DNA of 64,000 nt from Ginglymostoma cirratum (lineage: Eukaryota), in contig JAHRHZ010000017.1 in the NCBI GenBank assembly GCA_024137785.1, positions 10,727,990 through 10,791,989 on the forward strand, read 5' to 3'. A program made the position numbers and the translations under genes. Under the pieces are notes generated by a model. It searched no databases, had not been told where the DNA came from, and saw only the letters and a program-made list of their open reading frames with translations. Positions 47,312 to 60,889 of the stretch are shown in pieces (the first letter of the stretch is position 1; the number at the start of each line of letters is the position of its first letter).

Positions 47312-48300
47312 AGAGTCAGAGTCGTACAGCACAGAGAAACAGACCCTTCGGTCCAACCTGTCCATGCCAACCATAATCCCAAACTGAACTAGCCCTACCT
47401 GCCTGCGCTTGGCCCATATCCCACTACATATTTCTTGTTCATTGCAATTATCCAAGTGTCTTTTAAATACTGTAACTTCACCTGCATCCATCACTTCCTC
47501 CGGCAATTCATTCCACACACGAACCACTCTCCATGTAAAGGAATTGGCCCTCATGACTTTTTAAAAATCTTTCCCCTCTCACCTTAAAAATATGCCCCCT
47601 AGTCTTGAAAGCCCCCACACTAGTGACAGGTCACCTGCCTTTCACCTTATCTATAGCCCTCATGATTTTATAAACCTCTATAAGGCCACCCCTCAACCTC
47701 CTATGGTCCAGTGGGAAAAAGGTCCCAGTCTATTCAGCATCTCCTAATAATTCAAACCCTCCACTTCCAGCAACATCCTGATAAATCTCCTGTGAACACT
47801 TACCAGTTTAATAATTTCCTTCCCATCACAGGCAACCAGAACTACACACAGTATTCCAGAAGAGACCTCACCAATGTTCTGTACAACCTTAACGTAACAG
47901 CAAGCCTCCTCAAGGGTCTGAGCAATGAAGGCAAGAGTGCTAAACACCTTCTTAACCACCCTGTCTACATGTGACGCAAACTTCAAAGAATTATACCTGA
48001 ACTCCTAGGTCTCTCTTGTTCTATAACACTACCCAAAGTCCTAATTTTAATTGTATAAGTCCTGCCCTTGTTTGTTTTACTAAAATGCAATACCTTGCGC
48101 TTATCCAAATTAAACTCCATCTACCACTCCTCAGCCCATTGACCCAATTGATCAAAATCTCTTTGTAATCTCAGATAACCTTCTTCACTGTCCACTATAC
48201 TACCAATTTTGGAGTCATCCATAAACTTACTATCCATGACTTCTATTTCACATCTAAAACATTTATATACATGACAAACAAAAGTGGTCACCGCACCCAT
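47312..48300 (-). mobile_element. CR1/HER1-like LINE 3' fragment
   Basis: SKFMDDSKIGSIVDSEEGYLRLQRD..QLGQWAEEW and FTWRVVRVWNELPEEV. Confidence 0.9.
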
Positions 48301-50216
48301 CCCTAATCTATGCATCTTCTAATCACAAATTTCAACTTCTGTGTTGCACACAGGATGATGACAATTTAATTTAAATTATCCATTCAATAGTGTTTCACTG
48401 TTTTCCATCAAATGTTGCCTTCTTTTAGTCATGAAGTTAAAGTCACCTGGGTCACATCTCTTATTTCATTTATTCTCCACATAGGCTAACTGAAGTCACA
48501 TTCAATAGCAAGCCAAAATGGGACTCAACCCTGAATATCTTTTTCACTGGAATTAATTCTGATGTTTGCCTTTGACATTTAAAAAAAGAAATAAGACAGT
48601 AGTCTAATTAAAATGTATCTCAGGGGATAAATATAAATGCAGCCAGCAAAACCCAATCTGACATTTATTTGTTTGCCAAGTTTGCACTTTGAGTGTGCTA
48701 GAAGGTCTGTGTTGTGATTTGTGCTTTTATGATATTTTTAAGGCCGTGGGAGGATTCTAGTCATACCATAGGCTAAACCTAATTAAAAGGACATTTGGTT
48801 TCTACAGATAACCTTGTGAGTAGAGCAGGCTTGTAGTTGTGAATATTTCCCATTTATTGCTTTAATTTTCTCTCCTGGGGACATTTCCTACATGTACATA
48901 TTTAATGGAGCAATCAGGATGCATGCCTGATGTAGCTAAAAGATGGCCCAAACCAATTTGATGATCAGGTTCAAATTCCGTGGAAGTGGTAAGTAACAGT
49001 TGTAATCCACGTATTGATGCACAGATTGCCAATTTGGGAGTGGGACATGAAGTGGCTCAGGGTACAGCTAAGTTGGTAGAAAAATAAATTAGAGGGGAGT
49101 CTAAAGCTGATGGGTGTTTAGGCAGGGAACGAAGATGATGATAGACAGAAAAGGTAACAGCAAAATGCAAGAAGAGCAGATTTATTGAAGACTTCCTAGT
49201 CTCAGGAACAGCAATAATGCATATTCAGTTACTAGAAAATCTTCACCAATCCCTTTTTCTAAGTCTTAATATGCAGTCTCCAACAATTTCATAAGGGAAT
49301 ACTGTGAGCAATTTCAGTTGGAGAGAAATGGGCAGATCCCCTACTAAGGAGTAAGCCGCCATTGTCCCAGAGGGCTATTCTCTCGTTAGAGAGAGATGAC
49401 TGGTGAGTCACCATACCTCAGGCAGGGGGCAAGGTTGAAAAGGGACCTTCATGGTGACCTCACCCAATACAGGAATTAAATCCACACTGTTAGTGTCCCT
49501 CTGCATTAGAAACCAGTCATCCAGCCAACTGAGCTAACCAGCACCCACTGAGGAGCACTATTGCATTTACAGTCAAAAATGGCCAATTTGTCTGGCTAAT
49601 GAGGTTTTTGTATGTTTTCAGTGGGGGAATGCTGACTGCCTATCTCAATGCCTACTCAAAAAAGGCAGCTGGCAGGGCTCAGGTGGAAAGATGATGGTAA
49701 GTAGTATGTTGCAACTTTGGCCCTTATCTCTGTTCCCAGATGAAAGTCATGTTGCACGACAATCAAAAATCAGATCAAAATCAGGTCCACTGATTTGAAA
49801 TGAGGTAAATGTTCTTCAATGCATGAAACCTTCTGGTATTTCATCTGTGGTCAATCCTAACTCTGAGCCTAGACCCTAGCTGGTAAGCAGCAGCAAGCCA
49901 CTCCAGTGGATAGTATGGAGGCGTATGTGAGTTGGGTGTGAAGAGTGGTTGGTGTGTAGGGGATTGGCATATTTATGTTGTAACGACAGCCAAATCCTAT
50001 TGTACCCTACTTGGCATTCACAAACAAGCAATTAGAGTTGACTCAATACTGATCATAAATAGTAAAGCTGCCTTTCTTAGTCAAGGTGCGTCAATTAGAT
50101 AGTTGTCACTAACGTTCAAGTGAGATCAGCAAATTTAGCACAGCCTGTGTATTAGTCCGAAGATTATTCCACTCTCTCATCCACTAGATAACCGAATATA
50201 TTAGCAAAGCGCATTA

Positions 50217-50444
50217 CAGGTATTACTGCTATAACGATGTTATGTTAACGCGAATTGGCTGTAACGTGATTGTTGAATAGTGGACATTGTTTGGATAATG
50301 TGAACTTTCTACTGTATTGGTATAATGATTTTCTATAGTGGTTTCCCAAAATGCGATTTTCTATGGCGATTTTCCATTGCATGATTTTCCTGTAGTGCAA
50401 GGTCACACACGAATGCAACTATCACGTTATAGGAGAAATACCTG
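50217..50444. mobile_element. Tc1/mariner-pogo type MITE
   Basis: TA flanks at 50215-50216 and 50445-50446. TIRs CAGGTATTACTGCTATAACG / CAGGTATTTCTCCTATAACG (18/20). Internal degenerate GATTTTC(T/C)AT repeats. Confidence 0.88.
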
Positions 50445-51712
50445 TATTACATTACAGAAATATTCCGTAGTAGCATATGTATTTTTAAGTTCAGTAGCAG
50501 TAGAGTTAAGAAACATTTCTCCAATTCAGTTCAAAAACAATACTTTAATCCATCAGGTTGAACTGACATTCCTTTTTCAGTAAACAATCTCTCCAGGCAG
50601 TAAAACAAGTCTGGGCTAAAGCGGAACCATATGTGACAGACTGAAGAACACACCCAACTGAATGCATGCAAATCAGGAACAGTGTGAAGGTGCACACATT
50701 GTACTCAATGTGATGTTACTCTGTGTATCAAAATGTTATTTTGATAATACAATACAAATAGCTTTGTAAATGATATTGACCAGGATTTTTGATCAACACT
50801 AATGCTTGCTGTGACCCATAATTTTAATGTGTCGGTGCCAGTGTTAAATAACGGCAATTAGTTAATGCATTTCATTTATCATTTAATTTAATAAAGTAAA
50901 ATAATTGATGTTTTCTCAAAATATTTGCTCATCAGACTTAATTTTGGTTTTGGTGAGCTCATCTTTCTTCCTTTTCTAAATTACTTTGCTAAAATAATAT
51001 CTCATTAAACACTGATACATAAAGTAAACGTCTTTTTAAAGAAAGTTTCTAATTAAGAATGATGGTTATACATGCATTTTTTTCTGATCACTAATGTAAG
51101 TCAAAAGAGAAATTTTAAGAAAAGGATATTCATGTTCTGTATTGCTAGCAATGTCAGCGTTAATTACTCACCTTGAATTGGCCTAAAGGAGGTGGTGATG
51201 GGCCATCTTCTTGAACAACTGCAATGGAAAGGAAATGTCACCAGAGACTTATCAGACCCTCAGGCTGCCCTCTCTCATGAGAGAGAGGTAATTGGTGTTG
51301 ATTTTACCTGAGGATCACTATACCTCGGGCAAGGGAGACGTTGAGAAATAGCATTCTTCATGGCAACTTCAGCTGGTATGGGAATTGAATGAACACTGTT
51401 GGTATCACTGCATCACAAATCAGCTAACTGATCCATCCACTGCAGTACAAAGTTCTGTTTGATACACTGGCCCAGGATTTTGATACTGTGATGGCACTGA
51501 AATTGCAATATATGACAAAATTAAGGTGGTGTAAGACTTGAAAGTGATGGCAAAACCATGCATCTGTCGACATTGTTTTTCCATTGGGTGGAGGTTGTAT
51601 GTATGTGAGTTGCTGCCAAAGAAACATTGAGCTTCTGTGGTTCAAACTGTGACCGCAGGACATAAAGCCGGGTATCCAAGCTAGTGGATAAAGTGACAAT
51701 CAAATACACTAC

Positions 51713-51800
51713 TTTCAAAAACAGAAGTTACTGGAAAAGTTCTGCCAGCATATGTGAAGAGAAATCAGTGTTAAGATTTTGGGTCTGGTGACCCTTCCTG
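51713..51800 (-). mobile_element. Decayed Penelope-tail mini-element (second family)
   Basis: Minus strand aggaagggtcaccagacccaaaatcttaacactgatttctcttcaca. Confidence 0.65.
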
Positions 51801-52419
51801 TTCTGTTGGTGGTAAAGTGACTTTGTAGAATCATGAATTTAACTATTTGCAGGGGAGTTAGACTACCTTTGACCTAGACTACTAACTCTAACATTTAATT
51901 GGCTGTTTCTGGTAAATTGTGACCCTCCACTTCCTTCCCCAGGTGTTGGTAATAGGTGATTCAACAATGATAATGCCATTAAGGTCATAGGAAGGTATTT
52001 AGCTGCCTTCTTGCTGGCAATTGTCATTGGTTGACACTGATGTGTTTGAACTTTACTTACCACCTATCGGCAAAGTCTGAATGTTCTCCAGGTTTGGTTT
52101 AAATGTTTCATTATAGCAAAAATTGTGATTGGAGCTATATGCATTATACAAAACCTGCATTTGCTGACAATGCAGAACATTGCCTCTATTTCCTGCTATT
52201 ATGTGCACGTGCATCAGCATCAATAGATGCAACTGTGAAAAAGGAATGTTAGGGAAGGACCAGATGGTGGTGGAGGAAGAACATTGTAGGGGAGGGAGGT
52301 GGTGGTGGGGAAGAGAGGATTGAGCCTGGTTGGGTGGGGAAGGGTGTTGTTAAATCCAAGACTAGGGGGTAAAGATTGTTAAGAGCAGAGAGTGGGGCGA
52401 GTGGATCGACATGATTAAT

Positions 52420-52755
52420 AAGACCATAAAATATAGGAACAGGAGTAGGCTGTTTGGTCTCTTGAGCCTGCTCCACAATTCAATTGGATCATGACTGAGT
52501 CAACATTACTCAAGTTCACTTTCCTATGTTTTCTTTGTTATCCTTTATTTCCAAACATTTCAAACAACTATCTATCTTGACCTTAAATATACACAAGCAT
52601 TCTGCCTCCACAGCTCTGTGGCAAGAAGTTCCAAAGACACTCAGCCTTCTGAGAGAAGAAATACCTTCTTGTCTCAGTCTTAAACTGGTGCTCCTTTATT
52701 CTGAGACTATGTCCTCTGGTCGTAGAGCCTCCCATAAGGGGAGACATTCAGCATA
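52420..52755 (-). mobile_element. CR1 3' fragment
   Basis: Similar to 33846-34200: taagaccataa tail and ctccacagctctgtggcaagaagttcca. Confidence 0.75.
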
Positions 52756-53559
52756 CTCAGGGGTGCAGGGGAACAAGATTGAGCCAGGGTGGGGGGACGG
52801 AGGAGACTGAGGGAAACCCAGTCCCATCTTTTCTCTCTTCCCTCACCCCACCATGTCAATGTTGCACTGTTCTGTAACATGCACAATGTGGACTTTATGT
52901 ATGATGCAGTGACGTAAATGGTCAGGAACCCTTGCCCCACATTTGCAGTGTCAGCAGACACTGCTTCATGTGAATGGCAAAAAATGTCCTCCTTTCTGGG
53001 AAAATGCAGAGTGTTATTTGTGAATCAATGACAGATGATTGTGCCTGGGGCTTTGCCCAGTAAACAACTCTTTCATAATTGTGGAGTTGAGATGAACCAA
53101 ATTGGTGGAACCAAACTGAACAAATGTAAAATGTAAAATAGAAAAAACAAACATTTTTGCATTATTATTGATGCACGATTTCTTCATTCATAAAGGGACT
53201 AGAAGAATATGTGCATAATAAATCACTTTATTTTAAGAGACTTTATTTCCAAAAACAAGGAATTTAAAACATAATTCAGTACTTACTGGTTGTCACATTT
53301 AATGACCTATTCGGTCAAATGTTTGATAAGACCCATTTGAAACCATGAGAGATGTTATATAAGGTAAATAGAGAAAAATCTATTTCCATTGATAAGTGAA
53401 TCTCTCTACAGAATGTATAAATATAACAACTTTCTGAAGGGCAATTAGGGATGAACAATATAACTGGTCTTGGCAACAACATAACATTGGGTCATTAACC
53501 TTTTAAAATTCATTCTCACAACAAATCACATTGAAGAAATCTCATAAACAAAAAATGAA

Positions 53560-55139
53560 AGGCCTCTACCATATGGCTGAGTTTCTTTTCACACTGAACA
53601 ACTTCTTTTTTAACTCCTCATTTTCTTCAGATCAGGGAGTGGCCATGTGTACCCGCAAGGGCACTACTTATACTTGTCTCTTTGTGCAGTACATGGGACA
53701 TTCCTTGTTCCAGTCCTATTCTAGCTCCCATCTACATCTGTTTTGCCAGTATATCAATGATATCTTCGGTGTTGCTTCCCTCTCTTTTCCAGAATTGGAA
53801 ACATTTATAAATTTCGCTTCCAATTTCCATCCCACTCTCACCTTCACTTGGTCTATCTCTGACTCCTTCCTTCACTTCTTCAACATCTCTGTTTCCATTT
53901 CTGGGGATAGACTGGCCACCAATATCCATTATAAACCCACCAACCCCTACAGTCACCTTGACTATACATCCTCACACCCTGGTTCCTGTGAAGATTTCTG
54001 TTTTATTCTCCCAGTTCCTACATCTCCATCATATCTGTTTGAATGATGCCAACTTCAACAAGTGGGACTCTGAAATGTCCACCTTCCTCTTCAACTAAGG
54101 ATTCCCCAGCATTCTGGTTGACAAGGCCCTCAGTCGGGTCCAACCCATCTCCCGCACTTCAGCCCTTAACCCCTCCCTTTCCTCCCAGAACAGAGATATC
54201 TTACCTACCATCCCACCAACATCCACATCCCAAGGATCATTAGCTGCCATTTTAGCCAACTCCAGTGAGATGCCACCACCAGACACATATTCCCCTCCCG
54301 TCTCTTGGCAGCCTTCCGCAACGGCCATTTCCACCAGGACACCCTGGTTCACTCTTCCTTCACTCCCAACAATCCCCCCAAAGCCCCACAGCACCTTTCC
54401 CTGTAACCAGCGAAGGTGCAACACCTGCCCATTTACCTCCTCCCTCCACAGTATCCAAGGGTCCAAACACACCTTCCAGGTGAAACAGCACATTACATGC
54501 ATCTCACATACTCTAACCTACTGCATTCACTGCTCACAATGTGATCTCCTCTACATTGGGTAACCGAAGCATAGAAATCACTTCGCAGAACATCACAAAA
54601 AAGACTGTGATCTTCTACTTGCCTCCCACATTAACATACCACCATGTTCCCTGGCCAACATCTCTCTCTCAGGCTTGCTACATTTCTCCAGCAAAGCTCA
54701 GTGCAAGCTGGAAGAACAGCACCTTATTTTCCACTTGGGAACTCTACAGCCTTCTAGACTCAACATTGAGTTCAACAATTTTGACTTTGTCACACCTTCT
54801 CAAATGTCCTTACCCCAACATCCACACCTTCGGGTCTTGTTATCACGTCGTCTGCTACTGTACTCAACACATTGTTAGCCGCTAACTGTTCCCATTAGTA
54901 GTTATTCATTCTCCCAGGCTGATCATAATCTAACCCTTGCCCAACTGCTCTCTCTCTTTGGGCTCTATCTCCACCTATCACTTCCTCTTTACCCCCTACC
55001 TTCTGCATAAAACAAGCTTTTCCTAGCTACCATCAGGTCTGAGGAACAGTCACTGGACCCAAAATGTTAGCTTTGATTTTTCTGCACAGATGCTGCCAGA
55101 CCTGCTGAGCTTTTCCAGCAATTTCTGTTTTTGTTTCAG
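53560..55139 (+). mobile_element. Penelope-like retroelement (second lineage), decayed RT plus GIY-YIG plus tail
   Basis: LTLNNF-like FTLNNF, QGVAM.TR.G..Y.CLFV, YINDIFG, IHYKPT, TYCIHCSQCDLLYIG and LEEQHLIFHLGTLQP. Tail has a degenerate CTGAGGA...ACCCAAAATGTT. Confidence 0.9.
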
Positions 55140-57917
55140 GATAAGAGGGCTTGCTTGCCTATGTTAGAATTGACGTCATAAGACTTCATAACGTCTGAAC
55201 TAAATGCTGAGGACTCTAAGGACAACTCCCTGCAGGCTATCTGTCATTTTTTAGTCACTTTCAGTGGGACAGGATACACTTGGGGTTAATGATGATGGTG
55301 CCTAGGACTTTACTATTGCTTCAACCAGACCATGGTTGAGGGTCTCTACGCTATTTTGGTTCCCATTGGATGTTCCAACTGATTAACATCTCAGATGAGG
55401 AGGGATAAACTGGCTCACGTTTTTAATTTACCTCCCCCTCAGTTTGGTTACAACAAGGTTAATCAAAAACAGATCCCTTGTTTATTGATGCCTTTCTTCC
55501 AGACCAAATGAATTTAAATTTTAGATGGAGCCAATTTAACAAGGCTTCCTTCAGTGAACAGAAAAGTGAGTTTATCAGTTACTGCGCAAAAAGGAATTAC
55601 TGATGCAGCACATGTACACATGTTTGTATAAAAATTTAATCCAAAAAGGATAAAAGTTAAAAGATACAGAGATCAATTTCTCTGGGTCTTTTGTGAAGAA
55701 TAGATAATGAAGCAGTTGATAATTGAACAGTCAATTTCAGAATTCTTTGTTTTTTGACAGGTTAGTTGAAATCATTTTGTCCTGTTTCATTTTTGACAGT
55801 AGTTGGTTGGCAGCATTCAGAACAAGAGAATCCTTCTGTTGTTCGGTTTCCTTTGAATTAATTTGTTAGCTAGCTGGCTTCTAGGTCTCAGGAAAACAAT
55901 AATTTTACCTGCAATGCAGATGTGATTAGTGGGTATTTCTTCCACTGAGCTTAATATAATATTTGGGCTCAAACCCAGGTTAGTACACCCAAACCTCAGT
56001 CCACTAGCACACTCCGTCCAGTGTTTTGGTTTATAACCCTTTTTTTGAATATTTCTGGGAAGGCAAAGCTCAAAAAAATGTCTGCTAGAGATAGATTTCC
56101 GCTGTGAGGGAAAGTCAGACTTCTCAACGTTTCTTCTTCTTTCCATGGGGCCCACACAGGAATTTGCCAGACAGTACTAAATTTATATCTGCAGTGCTTT
56201 TTATTTCATCTGTAGCAATTCTCTTTTTAATTAAGCATTTTGAAATTAAATGTTAAAAATTTCCTGTAGTATGTTGAACTCCTGATCTGTCATCATGACA
56301 TTATGAACTTATGGCACCATAAAGGGTCCAATTCTAGCTCATTCAACAAATATAACTTTTTGAAGTGTTTTTACCACAAATCCAATTGTCCAAAAGTGGA
56401 GGTTCATATCCAATTTAGAAGAATTTAACATACAATGTCTTCAACAGCCACCTTTGTTAGAAATTCCCCACTTCTCCAAAAACATGAATTTCTGCATTTA
56501 ATGGCATATTTGCAGATGCCAGAAATTGCTGTCAGCTTTATAGGAAAGAATCTTGTGCTGCTTCTAGGAAGAAGGCAGGCAGGTGAATTTAATTGGAACA
56601 GGGGCCAAGGAAACAGTTCTGTGAGTTTGCAATTAAAATGTCAGAACTTTAAATGTGAATTGAGCTTCCCTGCAGAAGGAATCACAAAGACCTTTTGCAA
56701 GCATTTGCACGTCACATATGACTATCAAACAGCTAGTTCACCCGAATTAATTTCCCTTCCCAGTTAAAGTGTCTGGGTGTGAAGTATACATGCCTTTTGA
56801 TTCCTGATTGCATATAACAGGCAAGGCATAATGCTGCCCAAACTTTGGAGTGAGTAACTACAGCTTGTCCTCTTTGGGGAGTGTTTGTTTATGCCATGAT
56901 TGAGATCATGCGGTAGTAATCTAAATTACAGAGGATGTCTGAGTGAAGGAGGCTGGAGTAATAGACACAGGTCAAGGAGGTTGGCTAAAGACAGAAGTCT
57001 ACCTGCCAAGAGAGACAGGCAGGCTGGGGAAGAATGGAAGGTCCAGAAGGCTCAGCTGAAGGTGTCCACTCCAAAAGCCTGAATGATGCTCCTGGTTTGC
57101 AGGCAACATTTCCTCTAGGTTGTGTGACTGCATGGTTGATGGGAGATTGCGTGAGGGTCAATTCGCGAGCCAATGCATGGGCTTCTTACTACAGAAGCTG
57201 TTGCCACACACGGACATTACAGATCTATATAATGGAAAAATAAATTTGAGGAAATGTCAGTTGCAAGGAATTAATGCTTGTCCTGGTGTGTCTTAAATAC
57301 TATTGCAGAACATTTAACTGCTTAAGGCAAAGCGCCAACATCCAGTTAGCCCTGTTTACAGGATTTGCCATGCTCCTCATGCATGTACATGTAATGAGAT
57401 GAGATCTGCATAATTGGAGGAGAAAAGCTGATTTGCATTTAGAAAAAAGTGATATTGGCATTCGTGGTTGCCTTTGAACGTAGACTGCATTATGACAGTT
57501 TCCAATCACAATTATAATAAGAACAAACACTGACAATTTTCCCATCATTACAATTGCAAAGCAGTCCATTGTATGACTTTAAAAATGGAACTGAATTACA
57601 TCTACATACTTGGGTCTGATCATTCGTGCTCTCTGAACCCACTTCACCCAGACACTGCACATAGTCTTGACTCCTTCCATACATTATCAGAGGCTGCTGG
57701 CTTCTATTCATTATAATGTAAGGTCATCCGGAAGCAAAGATATGAGCACACAGACCCCAGAGAGCAGTGCTCCTACCATCACTGTTCCAGAATTGCATTA
57801 TCTGCAATACATTTTAGTTCATGAATTTTTTTGATAAAATCATACATGCCATATGCATGTTGGGAATTACAATTGACAGAGTTAATACCAGACAAGGTTT
57901 ATTTCATAGCAACCTCC

Positions 57918-58310
57918 TGTCTGAGTCAGAAGGTTGTGTGTCCAATACCCATGCCGGAGCACACATCAAGGCTGAAACCAGGTCCGTACTGACATAGAGC
58001 TGTGCTGTTTTGGATGCTGATGAAACATAAACCAAGGTCCTGCCTGCTCTTTCACAATGATCTCCTGGCACAGCTTTGAAGATAAATGAAGTTATACCTG
58101 GTATGCTGGCTAATATTTATCCCTCAATCAATACTGCTAGCTACCTGATCATTATTATAGTGCTTTTTTTAGGAGGTTGTTGTGTGCAAATTGGCTACTG
58201 TCATTCCCACATTATAATAGGGACTGCACTTTAAAAATACTTAATTGGCTGTACATCAGTTTGGTACATCCTGAGGTTGTGAAAAGCACTTTAGAAATGT
58301 AAATCTCTTT
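57918..58310 (+). mobile_element. DeuSINE-superfamily SINE (SacSINE1-like)
   Basis: Deu-domain-like tggctaatatttatccctcaatcaa and gtgcaaattggctactg; tail cctgaggttgtgaaaagcactttagaaatgtaa. Confidence 0.75.
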
Positions 58311-60889
58311 GTTAGAGAGGTGTCTGAAAACTTAGACACATTAAAGTGGATTAATTTATTTGTTCATTCATTCTTCTTCTTAATCATTCATTGTAAAAGG
58401 AAGGTTCCCTTCATCATTTTCACTGTTAAGGCAGAATTAACCACTATGTAAATTAAGGCAGAAATTCCTGCTAGTGCTACGACAGGATACTGCTGCATGA
58501 TCAGAAGAGGTGGTAAGGGAGTTTGAAAGAGAGGTTAGGATATATATCACTCTAAAGGCCTTGACCACAATTAGTAACGTTAGCAGGCAAATGGTTTGAG
58601 TCAGTAACCTCTCCCTTTGTTAGAGGAACCCAGATCCTTTACCAGTACTTCCTGGTGTCCATTGTCACTTACCAATAACAGTGCTGGGAAGTAGTGGGAG
58701 GTTAGACGGATGAGAGGGAAATTTCCTGATCATTCCAGTAATGGTACTCCTCCAACTTCATACTACCTATGCGCATATTAGGAAGCACTTCTATACACAA
58801 AGAATGGTAATGAGTTTGGAACTCACCTCCATAAATGGCTGTGGATGCTAGATGAGTTGATAATTTTAAATCTGAGCTAGATAAAGTGTAGTTAAGGAAG
58901 TGTTTTAAGGGATAAGGGCCAAAGGCAGGTATATGGAGTTAGGCCACAGATCCAGCCATGATTTCATTAAATGGTGGTACAGGCTTGTGGCTCCTGTTCC
59001 TATATGTGATGTGTGAAAAAGGAGAAGCCAGTAGTGACTCTGAGGAGACAAGAATAGAGAAATTGTGGCTGGGGAAGTGAGATAATGGTAGCGTCACTGC
59101 CCATTCACAGCAATGATCCCACAAGATATAAAGTGGGGTCACTCAGGAGAAATCCCTCTTCCCATTATCGCTATTTATGTGCCTTTATCATTCCAAACTA
59201 CTGTAACCCCGTTTGTATGAGTGGCAATCAGCCTTTGACTGCATTACATATATTTGCTTTGAAATGTGTCTAATTGCAGCAGTGATTGCCATTGCATAGT
59301 AAATTGTGAATTAATTAATTTGTAAATAATAGTTTAAGTGATGAATACAGTTGCACATAAATATGTTTATACTTCAAATGTAAACCTATCCCACCAAAAT
59401 ATGTCATTTAAAATTCATTCATAAATCAACTTGCATTCTTGATTTCTTTTAATTTAAATTTTTGAATACATTCGGCAGATTTAATTGATCAATCACTACT
59501 TTGGTTCATTTTTAATTAAATATATTTAATATAAAACTGTAAATTGACCAATTAGTTTCATATTTCAAACATGCTAATAGTCTCATTTTTGAAACAATGA
59601 CATTTTGGTTTGAAATATGTTTTTGTTAATGTCTAGTTAAATCAGAATTGACCAAGAGAGTGTTCATAAATCTTATGCTGCAATTGAGTTTTTTAACTTT
59701 TTAAATAAAAGATCAGGCTTTGTATTTTATTATTACAGAACAAAAAGTCACAACATTGTACAGAGTGTTATCATCAGAGAACATGCAGTTCTCCTCAGCA
59801 AATGTCAGATGTTTATACCTTCCCTTAAGGGCCCTACACAACATACTCTGTGTTGAAAAAGCAAAGTGATTTTAGAAAGAGGGAGGGCATAGAAAACATC
59901 AGTAATGTGGGAGAAAAGGCAAAGAGAAGCATAAAGAACTAAAAGTACTAAAAACATTTTATAGTAATCTAATGTAAGATAGGAAGATTAGTGCAGCATT
60001 CCTCTGAGGTCATCTTCTCCTTCTCTGGTGCAGAGATTGACTGGGATAATACCTTACTGGGGCAATTCCATGTTTTAGACAATTGGATCTACCCCTTTGT
60101 GGGTTATATCTGTATGCATTCAATGCCACTTTAAAGGTCAAAATAGCAAATTTAGTCCCACTGTACTTAATAGAAGTATAGGATCTTTAGCAGGACTATG
60201 CTTTACCGGCTATTTTGTTAGATGAGAATTCCTACACAATGCTTTGAATTCTTTGATTGGAATCACTGCAAATAAACCATTTGGCAATATAGAATGAAAC
60301 ATTCAAAATACAAATACAGAATCGTGAAAGCTCCCACTTCAGTAGGATTCTAATTTGAAGTAGATTGAGAGTTTAGAAGTCATTGATCACACAAACCATT
60401 GACAACCGGTTTCGACCAAAGGATTAGCCACATCATTTCAATATAAGGATATGTAACATTCTTATTTATTCATCTATTCCCTGACTTTCAGAGACTTTTA
60501 TTTCACTTTAATGTATGGGCAGATTTGCACAAAGAGCTGTGGGGAGGAAATTGGTTGCATCTTTACTTTATTCCGCTGTGCTGAGAGTAAGTGTCGCCAT
60601 TGCCCTTCTATTTGAGCAATGGATATTGATAATTTTCAAAATGCTCTCTCTAAATTCTAGTATATGGAACTCGGCAAATCCTAATTTACAAAAATAAAGT
60701 GATCAAAGGCCTTGATTAAATTTAGGTAAGTGTAACAGCAGGTTTTACAGATAATAGTAATAATCTCTCCACTGTCCTTGAAGGCTTTCCCATAAAATCT
60801 TTGTGTAATTTTTATCTGGGTATCTGATTAGTTCAGTTAGCTAGCAGGCCAGAGTGTGGTGCAGCAAAAAAAATCAACAAAACATCAAT

